Shown here piece by piece: positions 41,753-49,719 of a stretch of DNA of 64,000 nucleotides. The translations under genes were made by a program, and so were the position numbers. The stretch is taken from assembly GCA_918234285.1 (NCBI GenBank), contig CAKJXZ020000003.1, forward strand, positions 70,933 to 134,932, in the 5' to 3' direction. The DNA comes from Pseudomonadota bacterium (lineage in GTDB: Bacteria; Pseudomonadota; Alphaproteobacteria; RF32; CAG-239). Under the pieces are notes generated by a model, which was given only the letters and a program-made list of their open reading frames with translations, searched no databases and was not told the DNA's origin. Each line of letters starts with the position of its first letter. The stretch's first letter is position 1.

Positions 41753-44509
41753 TTAATCCACACCCAGAACTTCACGACGACCGACGTGGTCTTGTTTTGA
41801 GACAATGCCTTCCTGTTCCATCCGTTCAATCAGATTGGCGGCACGGTTGTAGCCGATACGCAACTTGCGCTGGACATAGCTGGTGGAGGCCTTTTTATCG
41901 GTGCGCACAATTTCAACTGCCTGGCGATATAATTCTTCTTCATCGCTTCCGCCGCCGAATTCGCCCTTATCAAACACCGGACCAGAATCTTTGGTTTCCA
42001 GCTCGCCGGCGGTAACTTCAGCCACATATTTCGGCTCGCCCTGCGATTTGATAAATTCAACCACACGCTCAACTTCTTCATCGGCCACAAAACAACCGTG
42101 AACGCGCACCGGCCGTGTGCCGGACGACATAAACAGCATATCGCCCATACCGAGCAATTGTTCGGCACCTTTTTCACCCAAAATGGTACCGCTGTCGATT
42201 TTGGTGGTAACGTGGAAACTGATGCGGCTCGGGAAGTTAGATTTAATCACGCCGGTAATAACATCAACCGACGGACGTTGCGTCGACATAATTAAGTGAA
42301 TACCGGCCGCACGTGCCATTTGCGCCAAACGTTGAATGGCGGCTTCCACCTCTTTGCCGGCCACCAGCATCAAATCGGCCATTTCATCAACCACAATCAC
42401 AATATACGGCATCGGCGAAGTATCGATAACCTGTTCTTCATAAATCGGCTGACCGGTTTCTTTATCAAAGCCGGTCTGAATGGTTTTTTTCAAGCCCTTA
42501 CCGGTTTTTTGCATTTCTTCGATTTTCTTGTTATAACCGGCAATGTTGCGAACATTCAAGAGTGCCATCTGACGATAGCGATTTTCCATTTCCTGTACTG
42601 CCCATTTGAGGCCGACGACCGCTTTTGCCGGGTCGGTGATCACCGGAGTAAGCAGATGCGGAATACCGTTATACATCGAAAATTCCAGCTGTTTCGGGTC
42701 AATCATGATAAAGCGGCACTGCTCCGGAGTCATCCGGTATAACAGCGACAGAATCATGGTGTTGACCCCGACCGACTTACCGGAACCGGTGGTACCGGCA
42801 ACCAACAAGTGCGGCATTTTGGAAAGGTCGGCATAAACGTGCTGACCGCCGATATCTTTACCCAGAGCTACGTTTAAGATGTTTTTGCTGGTTACGAATT
42901 CGTTATCCTCAAACAGCTCACGTATCCACACGGTTTGCCGTTTTTCGTTAGGCAATTCGATACCGATGGTGCTATGGCCGGCAACAACCGCCATACGCAC
43001 CGAAGATACGGCCATTGAGCGGGCAATATCATCGGAAAGACCGATGACTCGGGCAGTGCGAGTACCGGCTTTCGGCTCAAGCTCATACAGCGTTACTACC
43101 GGACCCGGGCGCACAGCCACGATTTGGCCGTGAATGTTAAAGTCGTTTAATACCTGCTCAAGCTTAGCAGCACGCTCTTTGAGTGCGTTTTCGTCAACCA
43201 CTACCGCACCGGTCTCTTTAGGAACCGAAAGCAGATTAATATCCGGCAGAGTATATTCATGCGGTTGAGATTGCGAACGTGAAGCGGTTTCTACCTGAGG
43301 TACGACCACCTGCGCTGAGGCCGTTGCCGTACGTTGTTCCTGTGGCTGCTGTTTGGTTGGTGTCGGCGCGGTTGTCGGAATATTCAAAAGTTCTTCCTGT
43401 ATAGCGGCCGGTTGGCGACTTGCGGCCTTAGGGGCTGTTTGTTTGGCACCCTCGGTGTGATAAATATCTTCCGGCGATATCTTGGTTGCCGGTTTTTTCT
43501 GCATAACTTGCGGCTCGTTAATAAAATCAAACGTCGGATTAACCGAAGATGTTTTAGAATTTTCGACCGGTGTTACCGAAACCGCAGAAACAGATGCTGT
43601 CGGCGGAGTCGGTTGTTGCAACGTTGCTTGCGGCATAACGATTTTCGGACCGCTTTGAGCTATGTTTTGCGCCGGTTTTTCCGCCAAAGAAGCCAACGCC
43701 GTAGAAGTGTTCAACGCTTGACTGTTCATGGTCGGTTCAATGCGTTCAAACCCCGGTTCGCGCCGTTGATTGATCGTAGCCAATTTATTTTGCATTTTGG
43801 CACGCACATAATTCGGATTAACCTCTTTGAATTCGTTAAAACTGCGAATATGCGCAACTTTCTTAAATATTTTGACGATTGCACGAACAATTTTACCAAA
43901 GAAAGCTGCGATTTTGGAAAGCAGACGCAACCAATATTTAAAGGTAATCCCGGCCGCAAAATTAAATGCCATCAGGCTGATAAACAGCAGCAAAACCAGC
44001 AGAATTATCTTATTGTAAGGCGGCTTTAACAGCGTCAGATAATTCGCATAATTATTGAGAGAAGTACTCAAATGGCGCGACCATTCTCCGGTTAAACTGT
44101 ACGGTAGATTGAAGCGTCCTAAATAATTGCGACAGGTCAAATCAATAAAACCGGCAAAGCTGATAACCCCGACAAACCACGCAAACAGGCGCATTTTCCA
44201 TTCAATAATTTCGCGATGAAAGATTAAACTCAAACCCCAAAGAATCGGCACAATAAGAAACACTATCAGTGCCAAACCGAATGTGCTTAATACAAAATCG
44301 GCGCTGTACGCTCCGAATAATCCCAGAAAATTCTGCACCGGGCGATCATCTGACACGACCTTATTGAGCGACGGATCATCGGCACTATAATCAAAAATTG
44401 CCGCCCAAATTGCCAACGGCAAAATAATCAGAACCGCCCCCACCAGATTGCAAAATATCTTTTTGAACCATGATTCAGATTTTTTATTTTCGTGTATACC
44501 CGATTTCAT
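41753..44509 (-). CDS. ftsK: DNA translocase FtsK
   Basis: N-terminal TM helices, a Pro/Gln-rich linker, Walker [10 protein letters not shown], and a gamma winged-helix domain ...[24 protein letters not shown]. Confidence 0.93.
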   Translation of the reverse strand: MKSGIHENKKSESWFKKIFCNLVGAVLIILPLAIWAAIFDYSADDPSLNKVVSDDRPVQNFLGLFGAYSADFVLSTFGLALIVFLIVPILWGLSLIFHREIIEWKMRLFAWFVGVISFAGFIDLTCRNYLGRFNLPYSLTGEWSRHLSTSLNNYANYLTLLKPPYNKIILLVLLLFISLMAFNFAAGITFKYWLRLLSKIAAFFGKIVRAIVKIFKKVAHIRSFNEFKEVNPNYVRAKMQNKLATINQRREPGFERIEPTMNSQALNTSTALASLAEKPAQNIAQSGPKIVMPQATLQQPTPPTASVSAVSVTPVENSKTSSVNPTFDFINEPQVMQKKPATKISPEDIYHTEGAKQTAPKAASRQPAAIQEELLNIPTTAPTPTKQQPQEQRTATASAQVVVPQVETASRSQSQPHEYTLPDINLLSVPKETGAVVVDENALKERAAKLEQVLNDFNIHGQIVAVRPGPVVTLYELEPKAGTRTARVIGLSDDIARSMAVSSVRMAVVAGHSTIGIELPNEKRQTVWIRELFEDNEFVTSKNILNVALGKDIGGQHVYADLSKMPHLLVAGTTGSGKSVGVNTMILSLLYRMTPEQCRFIMIDPKQLEFSMYNGIPHLLTPVITDPAKAVVGLKWAVQEMENRYRQMALLNVRNIAGYNKKIEEMQKTGKGLKKTIQTGFDKETGQPIYEEQVIDTSPMPYIVIVVDEMADLMLVAGKEVEAAIQRLAQMARAAGIHLIMSTQRPSVDVITGVIKSNFPSRISFHVTTKIDSGTILGEKGAEQLLGMGDMLFMSSGTRPVRVHGCFVADEEVERVVEFIKSQGEPKYVAEVTAGELETKDSGPVFDKGEFGGGSDEEELYRQAVEIVRTDKKASTSYVQRKLRIGYNRAANLIERMEQEGIVSKQDHVGRREVLGVD

Positions 44510-44787
44510 TTTTTCCTCAAATTAAAGATCTCCTTAATCGCTCGGATTATAGCCGAAAATCCTCAATAAAATGTTAAAAATGCGTAACAGATTATTTTAT
44601 TTTTACGGTTATCGCATTTTTCAAAATGTGTGCCGAGGCAAAAGAGGAATATAACGCCGCGCAGAAGAAAACGGCGGAACGACGGGAAATGCGCCGTAAA
44701 CAAAGAAAGACAAGAAAAATTAACTACACAAGGCTGTAGCCACTTTTTATAAACGCCCGAATCATCCTCGGGCGTTTATTTTTGTTC

Positions 44788-44840
44788 TTCTCCGGTTTAT
44801 ATGGCTCCGCCCAGCATCGACAGTTATAATCCTCCCCGGG
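44788..44840 (-). repeat. conserved toxin block, copy 3 (truncated)
   Basis: Encodes GNPGEDYNCRCWAEPYKPE on the minus strand, then diverges and stops after about 25 codons. Confidence 0.8.
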
Positions 44841-44904
44841 ATTTCCTACGGCTCTTTATGGTATTTTAACTAAACTTTACTATATTAACTTTAGAGGTGG
44901 CAAA

Positions 44905-45720
44905 ATGAAAAAATTTGTTTTGATTTTGGGGTTGTTATTAGTACTTAATTTGCAAACAAAGTTGGCTAAGGGTAACAATCAAATTAATTATGATCATTCA
45001 ACTGATAATAAAAATATAATAAATATAGTGGAAAAATTTAAAACCCTAATAGCCACCAACAATCCGCATATTATCTCCAAATACGTAAAATATCCGTTTA
45101 ATATTGGCGATAATTGTCCGGATATACAAAATAAAGAAGAGTTTGTTCAAAATTTCGATATAATATTTGATTCATTGTTAACAACACAAATTATGGCTTC
45201 TGATATCAATCTATGGAATTTTAACGAAAAACAAAATGTAATTTTTTATGATAGTCCCTATGTTCAATTATCGACAGATGGTTATTTGATGGATATTGAA
45301 TATACTGCAAAACGCACACAAAATAATAAAAAATGTGTATTGGAAGAAAAAAGCAAAATCTATCCTTCTTTAAAGAAATATCAGAAAAATTTATATACAT
45401 TGAAAACTTACGACCATATATATAGAATTGATTTGACTAATAAAGGTTTGAGTGCAACGACATATCGACTGGCAATTTGGAAAAAAGAGCAAAAAATGTC
45501 CGAAAAACCGCTAATAATCATCAATAACGGAAAGTTAAAACTATATGGAAGCGCGAACAATGAGAAATACATCTTTGAAGATAAAGAAATATCTTATATA
45601 GTCGAAATCAACACCGCTCGCGCTTTAGAAACAATTCCTATTGAAATAACCGTTATAAACAATTTTTCAGCAAAAAAATATCCTGCAGTAAATATAACTA
45701 ATAGTCCCAATCTTTATTAG
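44905..45720 (+). CDS. signal-peptide protein, candidate immunity protein for orphan CT 45698..46420
   Basis: MKKFVLILGLLLVLNLQTKLAKG signal peptide and AGAGGTG RBS. Its 5' region is homologous to that of 46554..46979. It overlaps the convergent CT gene by 23 nt. AT-rich. Confidence 0.65.
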   Translation: MKKFVLILGLLLVLNLQTKLAKGNNQINYDHSTDNKNIINIVEKFKTLIATNNPHIISKYVKYPFNIGDNCPDIQNKEEFVQNFDIIFDSLLTTQIMASDINLWNFNEKQNVIFYDSPYVQLSTDGYLMDIEYTAKRTQNNKKCVLEEKSKIYPSLKKYQKNLYTLKTYDHIYRIDLTNKGLSATTYRLAIWKKEQKMSEKPLIIINNGKLKLYGSANNEKYIFEDKEISYIVEINTARALETIPIEITVINNFSAKKYPAVNITNSPNLY

Positions 45721-46504
45721 ATCTAAGCCTTGCCGCAATACTATCATTTCTGCTTTTTCCTACATCTGGCCTAAAACTTTCTTCTATCATTTTATCTAAA
45801 TTTTTTGCATTTACCCATTTTCTGAAACGTACGAATTGCAAGCAATTTCCCGTATTATATTGGAAATCAATAAAAACATCTTGGATAATCGGCGGATATT
45901 TATAAAATTCTGGAATATTATCTTTAATAAATTCGATATCTTTTTCGAGATGCTTTATGACTTTATCCGATATTGTTTCCGAGGATAAATGTATTGAAGA
46001 ATATTTTTTATAAAAAATCGGCAATTTCCCTTTAGGCAAAGATTGTATCTTCTCGTAATTTTTATGTATTTCTGCGAATTGGGCTGGTTTATTATTATCA
46101 TCAAGCCAAGGCATATCACAAAAAACCTCATAATCATCAACGTTTAGACCGGCACCTACGGTTATATATCCCTTAGTATCTTTATATGGATAATCAACAA
46201 TACCTTCTTCTTTTATAATTTGAGGAACATTACGTAATATTATTGTATCCACATTAAGATCATTATTGCTTGATGGCTTTCTTTCATACCCTGCGTCGGT
46301 TGCCACATTTGCTTTATCATTAGCGGCGTATTGAGGTAGACCATTAAGCTTGAAATCAACCAGCTTAAGTGTTTTTTGCAGCTCTTTAAACATATCAAGT
46401 CCGCTGACATCTATAATCATCGGCTTATCGGCATATCTTTCCGGTTTATACGGCTCCGCCCAGCATCGACAGTTGTAATCCTCCCCCGGATGCCCGCCGG
46501 TTAT
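45698..46504 (-). CDS. orphan polymorphic-toxin C-terminal cassette: MuF NCRC remnant, conserved linker and a GH24 (T4-type) lysozyme-like domain
   Basis: The first ATG is at 46420, but the frame is open from 46504 (just after a TAA) and encodes TGGHPGEDYNCRCWAEPYKPERYADKP. EEGIVDYPYKDTKGYITVGAG carries the E-x8-D-x5-T lysozyme triad. Confidence 0.7.
   Translation of the reverse strand: MTGGHPGEDYNCRCWAEPYKPERYADKPMIIDVSGLDMFKELQKTLKLVDFKLNGLPQYAANDKANVATDAGYERKPSSNNDLNVDTIILRNVPQIIKEEGIVDYPYKDTKGYITVGAGLNVDDYEVFCDMPWLDDNNKPAQFAEIHKNYEKIQSLPKGKLPIFYKKYSSIHLSSETISDKVIKHLEKDIEFIKDNIPEFYKYPPIIQDVFIDFQYNTGNCLQFVRFRKWVNAKNLDKMIEESFRPDVGKSRNDSIAARLRSNKDWDY
46292..46492 (-). repeat. conserved toxin block, copy 2 (201 nt)
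   Basis: Near-identical to 47652..47852. Encodes HPGEDYNCRCWAEPYKPERY...VDVSGLDMFKELQ...VDFKLNGLPQYAANDKAN.A.DA. Confidence 0.85.
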
Positions 46505-46553
46505 TTATTGTATTTTAACGAAACTATGCTATATTAACCCCAGAGGTATAAAA

Positions 46554-46979
46554 ATGAAAAAGTTTATTTTGATTTTAGGATTTTTATTAACATTGAGTAA
46601 CCGTTCATACTCTCAAAGCTCATCTGAGAAACAGCAAGAGTTTGTTAATCCTATTTTTAACAAAACATTGTATGGTTACAGCAAGCAAACTTGGAACACC
46701 CAACTCTCTCCAAGCAGTATTATAGCATCTCCTGATAATCTTTCAGATCCGAATGCTTATATAGAGCAATATCCTTGTGAACTGTTGGAAAATAAACACG
46801 ACCATGTAAAATTCAACTGCACTATTTGTTATGGATATTTATCTAAATTAGAAGCTAAAGATTGTTACCATGATATTATCATATACCAAATAACTACTGA
46901 TGGTAAAATAAAAGAAACAACCTTTAATCCTAAACGCCCAGAATTTCAAAGTATTGAATATTTAATCACAAAACCATAA
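46554..46979 (+). CDS. signal-peptide protein, candidate immunity protein for CT 46980..47891
   Basis: MKKFILILGFLLTLSNRSYSQ signal peptide. Its stop codon directly abuts the stop of the convergent toxin gene. The mature part is unrelated to 44905..45720. Confidence 0.65.
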   Translation: MKKFILILGFLLTLSNRSYSQSSSEKQQEFVNPIFNKTLYGYSKQTWNTQLSPSSIIASPDNLSDPNAYIEQYPCELLENKHDHVKFNCTICYGYLSKLEAKDCYHDIIIYQITTDGKIKETTFNPKRPEFQSIEYLITKP

Positions 46980-47891
46980 TCACCACCGTTTTATAGATAA
47001 TATTTTATCTTTCATCTCATCATTTCTATCTTTCGAGATGCCTTTTCTATGAACTTGCTTTGCCAATTCGGGAACATTTTTCTCATTGAAATATTGTTTA
47101 AAATATGTCCAAGTATTATCCGTAATTCCCGGATTATATTGAATATCAAAAGCAACATCTTGTGCTGCTTCCGGCGCATAATCTATGTCAGGCAGATAGT
47201 GTTTAAGGTTGCTGTAGTCCCGTTGTAAATGCGAATACATCAAATAATCAGCTTCATCTTCAGTTATGTTGAGGACAGCATCTTGCTCATATCTCTTTGC
47301 AGTAATTTTTTGAAAAGGATTCAAATAAGGTTTTTTGCTTTTTTCGGCTTCTGCTTTTGCTTGTGCAATAATCTTTGCTCTCACTTTTTCCATTCGTTCA
47401 AATTCCGCACGCATTTCATCTTCGGTTGCCGGCCTACCATTATATAGCCAATGCACTTTTCTAAAACTTTCCCAGTCATTAATTAAAGCTCCATTACCTG
47501 TTGTTATATAACCTGAACTATCCAAATAAGCATATTCCTTTGTATTTTCTCTTGCAATAATTTGTTTTCCAATTCGTTTTAACAACTTTTCCTCTTCAGG
47601 TGAGCGGAATTCTACTTTGCGATGTGCGTATGCAGAATTTGAAGTATACGTTGCATCGCTTGCCATATTTGCTTTGTCGTTTGCGGCATATTGCGGCAAG
47701 CCATTAAGCTTGAAATCAACCGGTTTCATTTCTGATTGCAACTCCTTAAACATATCAAGTCCGCTGACGTCTACAATTACCGGCTTATTCTTATATCTTT
47801 CCGGTTTATATGGTTCCGCCCAGCATCGGCAGTTATAATCTTCACCCGGATGCCTCTTGCTTTGTAAATTCTTGCTGCACTTCGTTTGCAA
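46980..47891 (-). CDS. MuF C-terminal motif, conserved linker and GH24 lysozyme-like toxin domain (3' part of a disrupted MuF-toxin gene)
   Basis: TTG start directly after a TGA. HPGEDYNCRCWAEPY, then RENTKEYAYLDSSGYITTGNG (E-x8-D-x5-T), with a T4-lysozyme-like C-terminal lobe (DVAFDIQYNPG...SKDRNDEM). Confidence 0.7.
   Translation of the reverse strand: MQTKCSKNLQSKRHPGEDYNCRCWAEPYKPERYKNKPVIVDVSGLDMFKELQSEMKPVDFKLNGLPQYAANDKANMASDATYTSNSAYAHRKVEFRSPEEEKLLKRIGKQIIARENTKEYAYLDSSGYITTGNGALINDWESFRKVHWLYNGRPATEDEMRAEFERMEKVRAKIIAQAKAEAEKSKKPYLNPFQKITAKRYEQDAVLNITEDEADYLMYSHLQRDYSNLKHYLPDIDYAPEAAQDVAFDIQYNPGITDNTWTYFKQYFNEKNVPELAKQVHRKGISKDRNDEMKDKILSIKRW
47652..47852 (-). repeat. conserved toxin block, copy 1
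   Basis: See copy 2. It lies inside ORF 46980..47891. Confidence 0.85.
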
Positions 47892-47940
47892 TCATTAACT
47901 GCGCTTCGGTCACTCGTTTTGTAAATTCGCCACGCGTCGT

Positions 47941-48333
47941 TTACACTAGCTTGCTTATTAACAAAACTTCGCCGCTTGCGGTAAAAACAACCGGAGCAAT
48001 GGTTGTTTTTATCCTCGCGCCATCCGGTGGCACATGCCAATTAAAAATTTCACCTTCACGCTCGGCGTGTTTGCCGCGAACTCGGTCGTCGCGCTTTGTC
48101 CGCCAGATATAATAATCTTGCGGATTTTTATCCATATCGTCCGCCAAAATTGCCTTTAATCGCGGGTTGGGTGAGTTTTCGTTGGCCACGTCAATTTGAC
48201 TGTACGGGTCATTACTCCGATACCGCGGGTCAACATAATACCACTCGCTTTGTCCTTGCTTTTTATATCCTCGTTTTACACTCTTAAACCCGTGCAACCG
48301 CTGATACAGATTATTTTTTTCGCTATTCTGCAT
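47941..48333 (-). CDS. MuF-domain (phage head-morphogenesis-like) N-terminal fragment
   Basis: YYIWRTKRDDRVRGKHAEREGEIFNWHVPPDG matches the core of the Phage_Mu_F pattern (W..D.R.R..H...G..F). It ends at a TAA that looks premature. Confidence 0.7.
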   Translation of the reverse strand: MQNSEKNNLYQRLHGFKSVKRGYKKQGQSEWYYVDPRYRSNDPYSQIDVANENSPNPRLKAILADDMDKNPQDYYIWRTKRDDRVRGKHAEREGEIFNWHVPPDGARIKTTIAPVVFTASGEVLLISKLV

Positions 48334-48652
48334 ATTTTCACTCCTTAAACTCTATCATTAAATTCTTATATAATAATTTATTTATTATCATATTTTGATA
48401 CCTGAACAAACCGCATAAGTCCGAAAGCAAATGAGGTCTATCATGGAAAACTATAAATCGCTAATGATTTTAACAATATACTGATAACACGTCGTATCAC
48501 CATTGTCAAGTTTAAAATAAGAAAAATATAAAATTAAGCCGTTTATACAATGAAAAATCTTATTTTGAGCGCAAAAAAATATACCGGCAATGATTTCGCA
48601 GAACGTGATATATACGAAGAAAATCCCTTCGCGCGATGTAAAAATCATCTAC

Positions 48653-48895
48653 AAAAAACTCATAGAATTAGGCTAATAGAAAAAGGTTTTTTCCACAAGA
48701 ACGTCCCTTTAAAAAACTCAGAGAATGGAGTTAATACGCCGAAAGCCTTTGTCCTTCGCTTCGCTCACGACGCTTTCAGCCCTGCGCCCAAAAAACTCAT
48801 AGAATTAGGCTAATAGAAAAAGGTTTTTTCCCGCGGTGTACAAAGTGGTACATAAGGGAAAAAACCTTTGATAGTAGCCAATTATATGAGTTTTT
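48653..48895. repeat. family-A repeat array: two 5'-half copies plus one full copy (48790..48895)
   Basis: AAAAAACTCATAGAATTAGGCTAATAGAAAAAGGTTTTTTCC occurs twice. The full copy ends GAGTTTTT, 1 nt from the rpsD stop. Confidence 0.8.
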
Positions 48896-48896
48896 A

Positions 48897-49511
48897 TTAT
48901 CTGGAGTAGTATTCGATAACCAAATTCGGCTCCATAACAGCCGCATAAGGCACATCTTCAAACTTCGGAATGAAGGTGTAAGTTGCCTTCATCTTTTTGG
49001 CATCAACTTCCAAATATGTCGGCCAATCACGAGTTTGCGATTCGAGAGCATTGATAACCATATTCATACTCTTGGACTTTTCGCGAACTTCGATAACATC
49101 GCCGGCCTTGACCATATAAGACGGAATGTTTACTTTTTTGCCGTTAACGGTAACGTGGCCGTGGTTTACAAATTGACGAGCCGCAAATACGGTCGGTACG
49201 AATTTTGCTTTATAAACCAGGTTATCCAAACGGGATTCGAGCAAACCGATTAAGTTTTCGGCGGCATCGCCAGAACGACGAATAGCCTCAGCATAATATT
49301 TACCGAATTGCTTTTCGGAAATGTTGCCGTAGTAAACTTTCATCTTTTGTTTGGCAATCAATTGTTGACCGTAGTCGGTAACTTTTGCTTTTCTTTGACC
49401 ATGTTGTCCCGGACGATATGATCTTTTGTTAAACGGGCTGTTATTATCACCCCAGAGATTGTCGCCGTAGCTACGGCTCAATTTTTTCTTTGCAGAAACG
49501 ATACTTTTCAT
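48897..49511 (-). CDS. rpsD: 30S ribosomal protein uS4
   Basis: Canonical S4 (..RPGQHG.....SDYG.QL..KQK......E.QF...Y...). Confidence 0.95.
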   Translation of the reverse strand: MKSIVSAKKKLSRSYGDNLWGDNNSPFNKRSYRPGQHGQRKAKVTDYGQQLIAKQKMKVYYGNISEKQFGKYYAEAIRRSGDAAENLIGLLESRLDNLVYKAKFVPTVFAARQFVNHGHVTVNGKKVNIPSYMVKAGDVIEVREKSKSMNMVINALESQTRDWPTYLEVDAKKMKATYTFIPKFEDVPYAAVMEPNLVIEYYSR

Positions 49512-49719
49512 TAAATTTATCCTTTTTTTGTTTGTTTACATTATTGTCCCGATAGTTGCAAACCCCTGTCTGCAACGAGATTACCGGCCATTACCGACAA
49601 TCTGCCTTCTCGGAAGTGAGGGTAACGTACATCATTTTTACACATTTTTCAAGCAAAAAATACAAATAGCGTTGGATTTTTCGGTTAAAGATAATACAGT
49701 AAAGCCAAGTGAGGAAAAA

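Noticed and set aside
44626-44739. A small, highly basic plus-strand ORF (MCAEAKEEYNAAQKKTAERREMRRKQRKTRKINYTRL) followed by a good hairpin and T-run at 44749..44784.
   Set aside because: There is no recognisable RBS and the ORF is very short and low-complexity. The hairpin may simply terminate transcription at the edge of the toxin island. I left it unannotated, though a small protein or sRNA cannot be excluded.
44788-48333. A prophage or integrated element, suggested by the MuF (head-morphogenesis) domain and the lysozyme-like domains.
   Set aside because: No integrase, terminase, portal, capsid, tail, holin or repressor genes lie in or near the island, and no flanking tRNA or att-like direct repeats are present. 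It is interpreted instead as a polymorphic-toxin array (see findings).
49512-49719. A possible S4 autoregulatory leader or pseudoknot upstream of rpsD.
   Set aside because: I could not establish any convincing conserved structure by eye. The region also has to hold the divergent promoter of the TPR-methyltransferase gene.
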